A stretch of DNA of 64,000 bases from an uncultured Actinomycetes bacterium (GCA_963774625.1 CAVZFQ010000014.1:55887-119886); one strand, 5' to 3'. Positions 8,404 through 17,107 are shown, counted from the first letter of the stretch. Translations and numbers: made by a program. Notes: a model not told the origin generated them from the letters alone.

Positions 8404-10192
8404 GGCGCCCTTCTCGAAGGTTCTCGTCGCAAACCGCGGCGAGATCGCAATCCGCATCTTCCGCACGCTGCGGGAGCTGGAGATCGAGCCGGTTGCGGTC
8501 TACTCGGAGCCCGACCGCGACGCGCTCCACGTTCAGGTCGCGCCCGAGGCCTACCTGCTCGGGCCTGGTGCACCCTCCGAGAGCTACCTGAACCAGGATC
8601 GGATCCTCGAGGTAGCGCAGCGCGCCGGCGCCGAGGCCGTCCATCCCGGTTACGGGTTCCTGGCGGAGAACGCCGGCTTCGCGCGCGCGTGCGCCGAGGC
8701 CGGCCTGACGTGGATCGGGCCGCCGCCCGAGGCGATCGAGGCGATGGGCTCGAAGGTGGCTGCCCGCGAGACCATGCGCGCCGCGGGGGTCCCGATCGTC
8801 CCGGGCACCACCGAGGCTGTGACCTCCTCCGCAGACGTCGTGAAGCTGGGCGACGAGCTCGGCTGGCCGCTCGCGATCAAGGCCTCCGCGGGAGGGGGAG
8901 GAAAAGGCCTCAAGGTCGTGCGCAGCGCCGAGGAGGCGGAGCGCGCCTTCGACGCCGCTCAGCGCGAGGGCGAGGCGTACTTCTCGGACCCGGCGGTCTA
9001 CGTCGAGCGTTATCTCGAGGATCCAAGGCACGTGGAGGTGCAGGTGCTTGCCGACGCACATGGCAACGTCATCCACCTCGGCGAGCGCGACTGCACGATC
9101 CAGCGCCGCCACCAGAAGCTCGTCGAGGAAACGCCTTCGCCTGCGGTCGACACCGCTCTCCGTGAGCGCATCGGCCTGATTGCCGTCGATGCCGCCCGCG
9201 CCGTCGGCTACCGCAACGCCGGAACGATCGAGGGGCTGCTCGACCAGGAGGGCAACTACTACTTCCTCGAGATGAACACCCGGATCCAGGTCGAGCACAC
9301 CGTGACCGAGCTCGTCACAGGGCTCGACCTCGTCCGCGAGCAGGTGCTGATCGCGGCCGGAGAGCCGCTATCGCTGAGCCAGGATCAGGTCCTCCTGCAA
9401 GGGCACGCCATCGAATGCCGCATCAACGCGGAGGACGTGAGCACCGGCTTCCTGCCGACCCCGGGGCGGATCACGGCCTATCGGGAACCGGGTGGGCCGG
9501 GTGTGCGTGTCGACTCCGGAGTGACCGCGGGCAGCGAGGTCGTCGGGCTCTACGACCCGCTCGTCGCCAAGCTGTGCGTTCACGGCGTCGACCGCGAGCA
9601 TGCGAGACACCGCATGCTGCGAGCGCTCGGCGAGTACGAGATCGGCGGTGTGACGACGCTGCTCGGATTCCATCAAGCGCTGCTCGAGCACGACTGCTTC
9701 GCTCGAGGCGAGACCTGCCACGGCGTGGTGGAGTCGAAAGAGCTTGCGGAGCGGTCGCAGCAGTTGTCTCATCAGGCAACAAGTGTACGACCTTCGTCGG
9801 ACGGAGCTGCCGGAGGGCGTAGCCGGGAGAAAATCGTCCACGCCGAGGTCGACGGGCGCCGCTTCGAGGTGAAGCTCCTCACACCGGAGCCGCCGCACGC
9901 GGATCTGGCCCGGCGGCGGCACGAGCGCGACACGAGCCGCCGGCACCAGGGGGCGGCACGAGACGCGATCGTGAGCCCGATGCAGGGAACGGTGCTCGCG
10001 GTCGAGGTGTCGGACGGCGACGAAGTGGTCCCGGGCCAGGTGGTCTGCGTCGTCGAGGCCATGAAGATGGAGAACGAGGTCGCCGCGCCGCGGGCCGGCG
10101 TCGTCACCGAGCTCTCGGTTGCCGCCGGCGAGCCGATCACAACCGGCCAGGTGATCTGCGTGGTCAAGCAGGAGGCGGATGACGGAGCGTAG
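8402..10192 (+). CDS. accA: Acetyl-/propionyl-CoA carboxylase alpha subunit (biotin carboxylase + BCCP)
   Basis: ATG 8402 gives MAPFSKVLVANRGEIAIRIFRT. A full ATP-grasp region is present, and the C-terminal biotinylation motif is VEAMKMENEV. Confidence 0.9.
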   Translation: MAPFSKVLVANRGEIAIRIFRTLRELEIEPVAVYSEPDRDALHVQVAPEAYLLGPGAPSESYLNQDRILEVAQRAGAEAVHPGYGFLAENAGFARACAEAGLTWIGPPPEAIEAMGSKVAARETMRAAGVPIVPGTTEAVTSSADVVKLGDELGWPLAIKASAGGGGKGLKVVRSAEEAERAFDAAQREGEAYFSDPAVYVERYLEDPRHVEVQVLADAHGNVIHLGERDCTIQRRHQKLVEETPSPAVDTALRERIGLIAVDAARAVGYRNAGTIEGLLDQEGNYYFLEMNTRIQVEHTVTELVTGLDLVREQVLIAAGEPLSLSQDQVLLQGHAIECRINAEDVSTGFLPTPGRITAYREPGGPGVRVDSGVTAGSEVVGLYDPLVAKLCVHGVDREHARHRMLRALGEYEIGGVTTLLGFHQALLEHDCFARGETCHGVVESKELAERSQQLSHQATSVRPSSDGAAGGRSREKIVHAEVDGRRFEVKLLTPEPPHADLARRRHERDTSRRHQGAARDAIVSPMQGTVLAVEVSDGDEVVPGQVVCVVEAMKMENEVAAPRAGVVTELSVAAGEPITTGQVICVVKQEADDGA

Positions 10193-11060
10193 GCCGTTCT
10201 GCGCCGACCTCTCGCGCGAAAACGGCGAGCCGCTGGGGGCAACCGCGAGCCGGATCGACCGCTGGTTTCTGATCGAGTACCGGGGCCTGTGGACTCATGA
10301 CGCAGTGGCCGGCAGCGGGTTGTCGGATCAGGTCAAGGCTCGGCTCCGAGAGCAGGTCCGCGCGGTTCCGAACGGGCGCCTGCTCTTCGTCCGCCGTCCT
10401 GACCGCCGGCAAGCGGAGACACTCGTCGCCTTCACCGCGGACTCGCGTGCGGGGAACGAGCGCCTCCGGCGCTTCGACCTCGAGAGCCACGAAGACCTAC
10501 GGGAGGTGGACCTCCTGGACGAGGACGGCGGGGCGCCCGTCGAGCACCCGCTCTTCCTCATCTGCACGCACGGCAAGCATGACCCCTGCTGCGCGCGTTA
10601 CGGACGACCGCTCTACGAGGGCCTGCGCGACGAGGCCGAGGAGGACTGGGTCTGGCAGACGACCCACATCGGCGGCGACCGCTTCGCCGGCAACCTCGTG
10701 TGCCTGCCCGAGGGCGTCTACTACGGTCGCGCAGACCGGGTCGATGCGGCCGGCATCCTCGACGAGCACCTGGAGGGGCGGGTGTCTCTCGACCTCTATC
10801 GCGGCCGCTCGATCTATCCGTTCGCCGTCCAGGCCGCCGAGCGAGCAGTCCGGGAGGAAACGGGCCTGACCGGCATTCAGGACGTGGTCCTGCGCCGGGC
10901 GGAGCAGCAAGGCGAGAGCTGGCAGGTCACGTTCCTCGCCGGCGGGACAGAGCACGAGGTCGACGTCCACGCCGAGCTGGGCGACCTGACTTTCCTGACC
11001 TGCAGCGCCACGGCCGTCCGGCGGCCGCTGCGTTACGTGGCTACCACTCGTCCGGGCTGA
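10179..11060 (+). CDS. Sucrase/ferredoxin-like (thioredoxin-like [2Fe-2S]) family protein
   Basis: The 293-aa ORF carries FLICTHGKHDPCCARYGRPLY and HIGGDRFAGN strings characteristic of Suc_Fer-like proteins. It overlaps the accA end by 14 nt. Confidence 0.7.
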   Translation: MTERRPFCADLSRENGEPLGATASRIDRWFLIEYRGLWTHDAVAGSGLSDQVKARLREQVRAVPNGRLLFVRRPDRRQAETLVAFTADSRAGNERLRRFDLESHEDLREVDLLDEDGGAPVEHPLFLICTHGKHDPCCARYGRPLYEGLRDEAEEDWVWQTTHIGGDRFAGNLVCLPEGVYYGRADRVDAAGILDEHLEGRVSLDLYRGRSIYPFAVQAAERAVREETGLTGIQDVVLRRAEQQGESWQVTFLAGGTEHEVDVHAELGDLTFLTCSATAVRRPLRYVATTRPG

Positions 11061-12312
11061 CGCGCAGGAAGCCCTCGCGGACGAGCCGCCGAACGAGCAC
11101 CAGCCGGCCCTCCTCGTCGAGCGTGCCGGGCAGGTCGCTCACCCGGAACGGTTCCTCGGACAGCGCGGCCGCCTCGAGCTCCTCGCGCACATGCGAGGGA
11201 AACGTGACGCGGCGCCCTTCGAACGCGAGTGCGACTTCCGAATCGCCGGCTTCGAGGTCGAAGACGACGCTTTCGCGGCGCTCGAGCACCGTTTCGGCAT
11301 CGAGCTCGCGCAGCCCACGCAGCTGGTCGAAGCGGTCTGCGCGGATCGGTCTGCGCGTGGACACGAACTTCTGGCGGCGGCGGCGTGCGACCGCATCGCG
11401 ATCGAGCCGCTCCTGCAGAAGCCCCAGCAACTCGAGCGGCAACTCCTCGCCGTCGGCGACGCTTCGCCGGTAGCCCTCTTCCTTTCGCGCCGTCTCCTCG
11501 AGCGCGGCCCGGACCGCATCGAGCCAGGTGTAGACGTTGACGCCGACCGTGAGGTGAAGCGAGTCCGAGTCTGAAGTCAGCGCCTCATGGAGCCAGCCGC
11601 GCGGCAGGTAGAGCGTGTCCCCGGGCGTGAGCGTGATGTCCAGCACCGGCTCACCGGGCTCGGCGAGCTCCTCGGAGTAGCGCTGACCCTTCAAGGGCAG
11701 CTCGAGCGCAGGTTCGTAGACGAGCCAGCGCTTCTCGCCGGCGACCTGGAGGCAAAAGACGTCGTGCGTGTCGTGGTGCACCGGCAGGCCCTGCGCCGAA
11801 CGCGGCGTGTAGTACGCGTTCGTCTGCACGGGGTGCCCCAGATCCGCTTCGAGGGCGCGGCAGAACTCCGCCACGGGCAGGTGATGCAGGTGGAGAGCCT
11901 GGATGACGACGGTCGCTCCGCGCTCGAACTCCTCCGCGATGCGCTCGACGTTCGCCGTGGCCGTGAACCCGGTCGGTCGCCAGGAAAGCGTCTCCGTGTA
12001 GCCGGAGACGGGGATTGTCTCGCCTTCCTTCACGAGACGGACAGCCGGGTAGCGCAGGCCGGTCGACGAGACGAGCCGCTCGGCCTCGGCCTGCGACAGC
12101 AGGTCGTCGAAGCGACCGTCCTCGTTCCGCGGAACGAGGAGCGGCCCGCGCTCCCAGTAGTCCTCGAGGAACCGGCTGGGCTCGACCGGCTCGACGCAGC
12201 GGACGAGCGCCCTAAGCGTCTGTGCCGTCGGAGTCCGAGTCGGTGTCGTCCGAGTCAGAGTCGGTTCCATCCGTGTCGGATTCAGTGCCAGTCGAGTCGT
12301 CGCCGTCGACAT
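11041..12312 (-). CDS. Cupin-4/JmjC-like 2-oxoglutarate oxygenase (RoxA/YcfD-like)
   Basis: The 423-aa ORF has FLEDYWERGPLL near the N-terminus and the facial-triad region LPVHHDTHDVFCLQVAGEKRW. The only in-frame starts are 12312 or 12270. Confidence 0.75.
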   Translation of the reverse strand: MSTATTRLALNPTRMEPTLTRTTPTRTPTAQTLRALVRCVEPVEPSRFLEDYWERGPLLVPRNEDGRFDDLLSQAEAERLVSSTGLRYPAVRLVKEGETIPVSGYTETLSWRPTGFTATANVERIAEEFERGATVVIQALHLHHLPVAEFCRALEADLGHPVQTNAYYTPRSAQGLPVHHDTHDVFCLQVAGEKRWLVYEPALELPLKGQRYSEELAEPGEPVLDITLTPGDTLYLPRGWLHEALTSDSDSLHLTVGVNVYTWLDAVRAALEETARKEEGYRRSVADGEELPLELLGLLQERLDRDAVARRRRQKFVSTRRPIRADRFDQLRGLRELDAETVLERRESVVFDLEAGDSEVALAFEGRRVTFPSHVREELEAAALSEEPFRVSDLPGTLDEEGRLVLVRRLVREGFLRVSPDEW

Positions 12313-12391
12313 CTGCCACTTCGGCGCGCGCGCCGACCAAGCTCTCGGTGCTGATGTCCTCTTCGCGGAGCGTGGTGTCGCCTTCGCTCAT
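12212..12391 (-). CDS. 59-aa highly acidic Asp/Ser/Thr-rich micro-protein
   Basis: AAAGGAGG lies 4 nt before ATG 12391. The ORF reads MSEGDTTLREEDISTESLVGARAEVADVDGDDSTGTESDTDGTDSDSDDTDSDSDGTDA*. Its third-position GC is at least as high as that of the overlapping cupin frame. Confidence 0.45.
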   Translation of the reverse strand: MSEGDTTLREEDISTESLVGARAEVADVDGDDSTGTESDTDGTDSDSDDTDSDSDGTDA

Positions 12392-12417
12392 GCATCCTCC
12401 TTTTGGTCGATGAACCG

Positions 12418-12449
12418 CGACTCTAAGGCACGGCCCACTAGTAGAGTCG
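12418..12449. promoter_or_regulatory. Inverted repeat in the divergent promoter region upstream of sucC
   Basis: CGACTCTA (12418-12425) pairs with TAGAGTCG (12442-12449) across a 16-nt spacer. The repeat ends 8 nt before the sucC GTG. Confidence 0.25.
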
Positions 12450-12456
12450 CCCGCCG

Positions 12457-13599
12457 GTGGATCTGTACGAGTATCAGGGCAAGGAGCTCTTCCGGCGCTT
12501 CGGCATCCCGGTTTCCGACGGGCGGCTCGCGACGACGCCGGACGAGGCGCGCGCAGCTGCCGAAGAGCTCGGCGGCCAGGTCGTAGTCAAGGCTCAGGTG
12601 CTGGCGGGCGGCCGCGGCAAGGCGGGCGGGATCAAGCTCGCGGAAGGGCCTGAGGAGGCAGCCGCCCACGCCGAGGCGATTCTCGGCATGGACATCCGTG
12701 GGCACGTCGTCCGGCGGATCTGGATCGAGCAGGCCTCTGACATCGCTACGGAGTACTACCTCTCGGTGACGTTCGACCGAGGCGAGAAGAAGCCGCTCTT
12801 CATGTTCACGAAGGAGGGCGGCATCGACATCGAGGAAGTCGCCGCGGAGCGGCCCGAAGCGCTGGTGCGACTGCACATCGACCCCCTCGAGGGGTTCCAG
12901 CCGTATCAGGCCCGGCGGCTCATCTACGGCGCGGGGATCGACGATCCCGGCCAGCAGAAGCAGATCCTGGCCATCATCCAGCGGCTCTACGACGCCTTCG
13001 TCGGAGCAGACTCGATGCTCTGCGAGATCAACCCGCTGATCGTCACCCCCGACGGTGAGGTGAAAGCGCTCGACTCGAAGTTCACGGTCGACGACAACGC
13101 GCTCTACAAGCATCCCGACATCGCCGAGATGCGCGATCTCGAGGCCTACGCGCCCGAGGAGCGCGCAGCGCGCGAGAAGGGCGTCACCTACGTCAAGCTC
13201 GACGGTGAGGTCGGGATCCTGGGGAACGGCGCGGGCCTCGTGATGTCGACGCTCGACGTGATCGCGCTCGCCGGCGGCAAGCCCGCGAACTTCTGTGACC
13301 TCGGCGGGGGCGGTGACGCGGAGGGTGTCGTCGACGCGCTCGAGATCATCAGCGCCGACCCGCAGGTGAAGTCGATCCTGTTCAACATCTTCGGTGGGAT
13401 CACGCGCTGCGACGAGGTGGCGCGCGGGATCCTCCAGGCCCTCGACCGCATCGAAATCGACGAGCCGATCGTCGTGCGGCTCGACGGGACGAATGCCGAG
13501 GAGGGCCGGCGCCTGCTGGCGGAGGCGGCACCGGAGAACCTGTACGTGGAGCCGACGATGCTCGACGCTGCGAAGCGGGCCGTGGAGCTGGCCGCGTGA
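12457..13599 (+). CDS. sucC: Succinyl-CoA synthetase beta subunit
   Basis: The 380-aa ORF starts MDLYEYQGKELFRRFGIPV. ATP-grasp and ligase-CoA regions are present throughout. Confidence 0.95.
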   Translation: MDLYEYQGKELFRRFGIPVSDGRLATTPDEARAAAEELGGQVVVKAQVLAGGRGKAGGIKLAEGPEEAAAHAEAILGMDIRGHVVRRIWIEQASDIATEYYLSVTFDRGEKKPLFMFTKEGGIDIEEVAAERPEALVRLHIDPLEGFQPYQARRLIYGAGIDDPGQQKQILAIIQRLYDAFVGADSMLCEINPLIVTPDGEVKALDSKFTVDDNALYKHPDIAEMRDLEAYAPEERAAREKGVTYVKLDGEVGILGNGAGLVMSTLDVIALAGGKPANFCDLGGGGDAEGVVDALEIISADPQVKSILFNIFGGITRCDEVARGILQALDRIEIDEPIVVRLDGTNAEEGRRLLAEAAPENLYVEPTMLDAAKRAVELAA

Positions 13600-14231
13600 C
13601 CGACACCTGGTCGGAGCGCGCGGACATGTATCGCGAGAGCGAGGCTCATCGCGAGGGCGAGGATCTCGACGTGATCGTCGAGTGGGCCGAGGGCAAGAAC
13701 GCCCTCGACGTCGCGACCGGGGGCGGCCATGTCGCCCGGCGGCTGAGCGAGGCGGGTTTCGATGTGACGACTCTCGACCCCGCGCCCGGCATGGGTGCGA
13801 CCGCGGTCGCGCCGGCTGAGGACATCCCATTCGCTCCCGACAGCTTCGACGTCGTTGCCTGCCGGGTGGCCGCGCATCATTTCGACGACGTCGCGATGGC
13901 TGTCAGCGAGATGGCTCGGGTCAGCCGAAGCCTCGTCCTCGTGGCCGACAACCTCTTTCTCGGCGAGACCGTCGAGGAGGCGGAGAAGCTCCGCGACCCG
14001 ACCCACGTTCGCTGTTACACCGAGGACGAGTGGCGTGAGCTGTTCGCGGGCGCGGGCCTCACCGTCGAGGCTGTGCGCAGCTTCGAGAAGCGGATCGAGC
14101 TCGAGCCGTGGCTCACGCGAGCCGGCTGCGAAGGTGACGAAGCCAGGCGCGTGCGGGAGCTCCTGGGGGACCGGATCGAGGGCGACCACGTCGTGCTGAC
14201 GCGCGGTGCCTTCAAAGGCAGGAAGACCTAG
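13596..14231 (+). CDS. Class I SAM-dependent methyltransferase (Methyltransf_11-like) inserted between sucC and sucD
   Basis: The 211-aa ORF has motif I ALDVATGGGHVARRL and post-I DVTTLDP. Its GTG 13596 overlaps the sucC TGA (GTGA), and its TAG overlaps the sucD GTG (TAGTG). Confidence 0.8.
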   Translation: MTDTWSERADMYRESEAHREGEDLDVIVEWAEGKNALDVATGGGHVARRLSEAGFDVTTLDPAPGMGATAVAPAEDIPFAPDSFDVVACRVAAHHFDDVAMAVSEMARVSRSLVLVADNLFLGETVEEAEKLRDPTHVRCYTEDEWRELFAGAGLTVEAVRSFEKRIELEPWLTRAGCEGDEARRVRELLGDRIEGDHVVLTRGAFKGRKT

Positions 14232-15109
14232 TGGCCATCATCGTCGATCAGGACACGCTCCTGGTCGTGCAGGGGTTGACCGGTAGCGAAGGGTCCTTCC
14301 ACGGCGTTCGCAACCGGGATTACGGCACGAAGGTCGTCGCGGGGGTGACACCCGGGAAGGGCGGACAGGACGTCCAGGGCATCCCGGTCTTCGACACGAT
14401 GGCCGACGCGGTTGCGGAGACGGGCGCGAACACGTCGATGGTCTTCGTCCCCGCGCGCTTTGCGACCGATGCCATCTACGAGGCCGTCGACGCCGGCGTC
14501 GGCACCGTGGTCTGCATCGCCGAGGGACTGCCGGCCCACGAGATGCTCCGTGTTTACAACTACATCGGTCCGCGCGGCGTCACGTTGCTCGGCCCCAACT
14601 GCCCAGGGGCTCTCTCGCCGGGCAAGGCGAACGTGGGGATCATCCCGGCGGAAATCTTCAAGGAGGGCGCGATCGGCCTCGTCAGCCGCTCGGGCACGCT
14701 CACGTACCAGATCGGGCACGAACTGGCCCAGCGCGGGCTCGGCAACTCGACCATCGTCGGCATCGGCGGTGACCCGGTCGTCGGGTCGTCGTTCATCGAC
14801 GTGCTGCGTCGCTTCGAAGCCGACGACGAGACCGAGGTGATCGTCATGGTGGGCGAGATCGGCGGTGACGAGGAGGAGAAGGCTGCCCGGTTCATCGAGG
14901 CCGAGATGTCGAAGCCGGTGCTGGCCTACATCGCCGGCTTCACCGCGCCGCCGGGCAAGACCATGGGCCACGCAGGCGCGATCATCTCCGGCTCGTCCGG
15001 AACGGCCACGGCCAAAAAGGACGCGCTGGAGGCCGCAGGCGTCCGGGTCGGCACGACGCCGACCGAAGTCGCTGAGCTCGCGGCCGAGACCGCGGGCGCC
15101 CGCGCCTAG
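14231..15109 (+). CDS. sucD: Succinyl-CoA synthetase alpha subunit
   Basis: The 292-aa ORF carries VQGLTGSEGSFH, SRSGTLTYQ, and the phosphohistidine loop GHAGAIISG. Confidence 0.95.
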   Translation: MAIIVDQDTLLVVQGLTGSEGSFHGVRNRDYGTKVVAGVTPGKGGQDVQGIPVFDTMADAVAETGANTSMVFVPARFATDAIYEAVDAGVGTVVCIAEGLPAHEMLRVYNYIGPRGVTLLGPNCPGALSPGKANVGIIPAEIFKEGAIGLVSRSGTLTYQIGHELAQRGLGNSTIVGIGGDPVVGSSFIDVLRRFEADDETEVIVMVGEIGGDEEEKAARFIEAEMSKPVLAYIAGFTAPPGKTMGHAGAIISGSSGTATAKKDALEAAGVRVGTTPTEVAELAAETAGARA

Positions 15110-15243
15110 CGGGTCGTCGTCGTCTCCACCCGGGTCCTGGCCGGCTCGTCGTCGTTCGTTGCGACGATCGCCAGCACGGCGCCGAGTGTGGAGAAGACGA
15201 TCAGCGCGGCCAGGACTGCGAGCAAGACGCGCGTCGTCGTCAC
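15106..15243 (-). CDS. 45-aa single-TM micro-protein
   Basis: GTG 15243 overlaps the TGA of the upstream gene (GTGA). The ORF reads VTTTRVLLAVLAALIVFSTLGAVLAIVATNDDEPARTRVETTTTR*. Confidence 0.35.
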   Translation of the reverse strand: MTTTRVLLAVLAALIVFSTLGAVLAIVATNDDEPARTRVETTTTR

Positions 15244-15716
15244 GGGCCGACTATCCCATTTGAGCCGTAGAGCGTGATGTAGCGGTCGTCGTTGAAGTAG
15301 CTCGTCCATCCGCCGAAGTTGAACGAGAAGCGCGCCTGGGCATGGAACCGGATTCCGGCGCAGCCGATGCAGCCGCCGACGTGCCACCGGCTGACGCCGT
15401 TCGGGCCGTACAGGCCACTCGTCGTCTGGTAATGCCAGGACGGGTCCGCGTACGTGACGACGGAGCCGTTCCCGCACCAGTGCGGGTTGAAGTAGTGGTG
15501 CCAGGTCGATCCGGTCCAGTGACTGTTCCAGGCCTCGACGTAGGCGCGCCAGCAGCCCGGGTAACCGCCTCCGTCCTCGATGGGCGGCTCGCGGTCGGCC
15601 AGCCCACCCTGCTCGCGGGTCAGCGGCTCCACCTCGACCGTTGCCGCCGCCGCAGGGCCCGCCACGGCCAGCGTGAGTGCCGCGAGCGCAGCGCCGATGA
15701 GATGTCGTGTCTTCAT
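15240..15716 (-). CDS. Secreted Trp/His/Tyr/Gly-rich hypothetical protein
   Basis: The 158-aa ORF has AAGGAGG 7 nt before the ATG and the signal peptide MKTRHLIGAALAALTLAVAGPAAA. I recognise no family. Confidence 0.7.
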   Translation of the reverse strand: MKTRHLIGAALAALTLAVAGPAAAATVEVEPLTREQGGLADREPPIEDGGGYPGCWRAYVEAWNSHWTGSTWHHYFNPHWCGNGSVVTYADPSWHYQTTSGLYGPNGVSRWHVGGCIGCAGIRFHAQARFSFNFGGWTSYFNDDRYITLYGSNGIVGP

Positions 15717-15825
15717 CGCAGAGACCTCCTTCTTCGAGTTCTCTGTTTTCTACCAAGGCAACAGAAACAGGATCGTGCCATCCCCGTGACGACTCCATCC
15801 GGCTTCGTTCCTAGAGTCCGGCCAG

Positions 15826-16920
15826 ATGGAGACCATCTCGTTCGCCCGCGGGATTCCCGCGTCCGAATGCCTGCCTAGCGCGGACCTCGCCGATTGCGCG
15901 CGCGCCGCCATCGAGCGAGACGGCTCCACGGTGTTGAACTACGGCCCCGGCGGCGGCTACGAGCCGCTGCGCGGATGGCTCGCCGAGCGGCATCGAGTCG
16001 GGCCGGAGCGCGTCGTCATCACGAACGGATCGCTCCAGGGTTTCCTCTTTCTGGCGAACTGCCTGGCCGGGCGCGGCCCGGTGCTCGTCGAGGCGCCGAC
16101 GTACGACCGCCCGCTGAAGCTGCTGCAAGCGATGGACGCGGAGGTCTTCGCAGTCCCTCTCGACGACGAGGGCCTGGATGTCGACTCGCTCGAGGTGATC
16201 CTCCGCGCAGGACTGCGGCCGTCCTTTCTGTACACGATCCCGACCTTTCAGAACCCAAGCGGGAGGACGCTGTCGAAGGCGCGGCGGCGCCGGCTGGTCC
16301 GGCTCGCGCGCCAACATGACCTGCTGCTGATCGAAGACGACCCATACGGTCTAGTCCGCTTCGAAGGGCAGGCCCTTCCGACATTGTTCGAGCTGGACGG
16401 CGGCGCAAATGTCGTCTACGGCTCATCCTTCTCCAAGACGGTCGCTCCCGGCCTGCGCGTCGGGTATCTCGTCCTGCCACCCGGTCTCGCATCGGAGGTC
16501 GAGGCGGAAGCGACGTCCACGTACATCACGCCCGCCTTGCTCCCGCAGGCGACAACGTACGAGTATCTGGAGCGCGGGCTGTTCGAAGAAAATCTCGCGC
16601 AGACGCGGGAGGCGCTGCAGGTCCGGCGCGACACGATGCTGGCCGCGCTCGCGCGCGAGCTCCCCGATGCTCGCTGGAGTACGCCAGAAGGTGGCTACTT
16701 CCTCTGGCTCGAGCTACCGGAGGGCGTCTGGACCGACCACGTAGCCGCTCGCGCACAGGCGGCCGGAGTCACATTCGTGCCGGGCTCGGACTTCTTCCTC
16801 GACGGAGGCGGTGAGGGCGCTCTGCGGCTCGCCTACAGCCTGGCTTCGCCGGCTGAAATCGACGAAGGCGTCACACGCCTCGCGTCGGCGATCGGCTGCA
16901 GCCTGCGCTCGGCTGCGTAG
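15826..16920 (+). CDS. Class I/II PLP-dependent aminotransferase (AspB/LysN-like)
   Basis: The 364-aa ORF carries YGPGGGYEPLR and the PLP-lysine region GSSFSKTVAPGLRVGYLV. Confidence 0.85.
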   Translation: METISFARGIPASECLPSADLADCARAAIERDGSTVLNYGPGGGYEPLRGWLAERHRVGPERVVITNGSLQGFLFLANCLAGRGPVLVEAPTYDRPLKLLQAMDAEVFAVPLDDEGLDVDSLEVILRAGLRPSFLYTIPTFQNPSGRTLSKARRRRLVRLARQHDLLLIEDDPYGLVRFEGQALPTLFELDGGANVVYGSSFSKTVAPGLRVGYLVLPPGLASEVEAEATSTYITPALLPQATTYEYLERGLFEENLAQTREALQVRRDTMLAALARELPDARWSTPEGGYFLWLELPEGVWTDHVAARAQAAGVTFVPGSDFFLDGGGEGALRLAYSLASPAEIDEGVTRLASAIGCSLRSAA

Positions 16921-16927
16921 GGCCTAC

Positions 16928-17107
16928 TCAGGCGGCCGTGGCCGGTTCGTACGGCTGCGGGATGGGAACCAGACGGGCCTGACGCGGGGGAGAGAGGGCC
17001 CCACGGCCAACCGGACGATAGGTCGGGCAGGGGGCTTCGGGGAGGGCGCACAGACCCGCCTGGCGGAAGTAGCAATTATCGCAGGATGCTTTGTTCTTTT
17101 TGCTCAT
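16928..17107 (-). CDS. 59-aa Cys-rich micro-protein (C-x2-C-x8-C-x6-C)
   Basis: Reading from ATG 17107 gives MSKKNKASCDNCYFRQAGLCALPEAPCPTYRPVGRG.... The longer 97-aa ORF in the track lacks support for its N-terminal extension. Confidence 0.4.
   Translation of the reverse strand: MSKKNKASCDNCYFRQAGLCALPEAPCPTYRPVGRGALSPPRQARLVPIPQPYEPATAA

Noticed and set aside
12388-13830. Long antisense or alternate-frame ORFs (for example 12388..13830 minus, 8293..9165 plus, 3219..4424 plus, 7718..9298 minus, 23699..24775 plus)
   Set aside because: These are typical high-GC shadow ORFs with Arg/Pro/Gly-rich translations and no recognisable motifs. Each is fully overlapped by a gene with strong family signatures on the other strand or frame.
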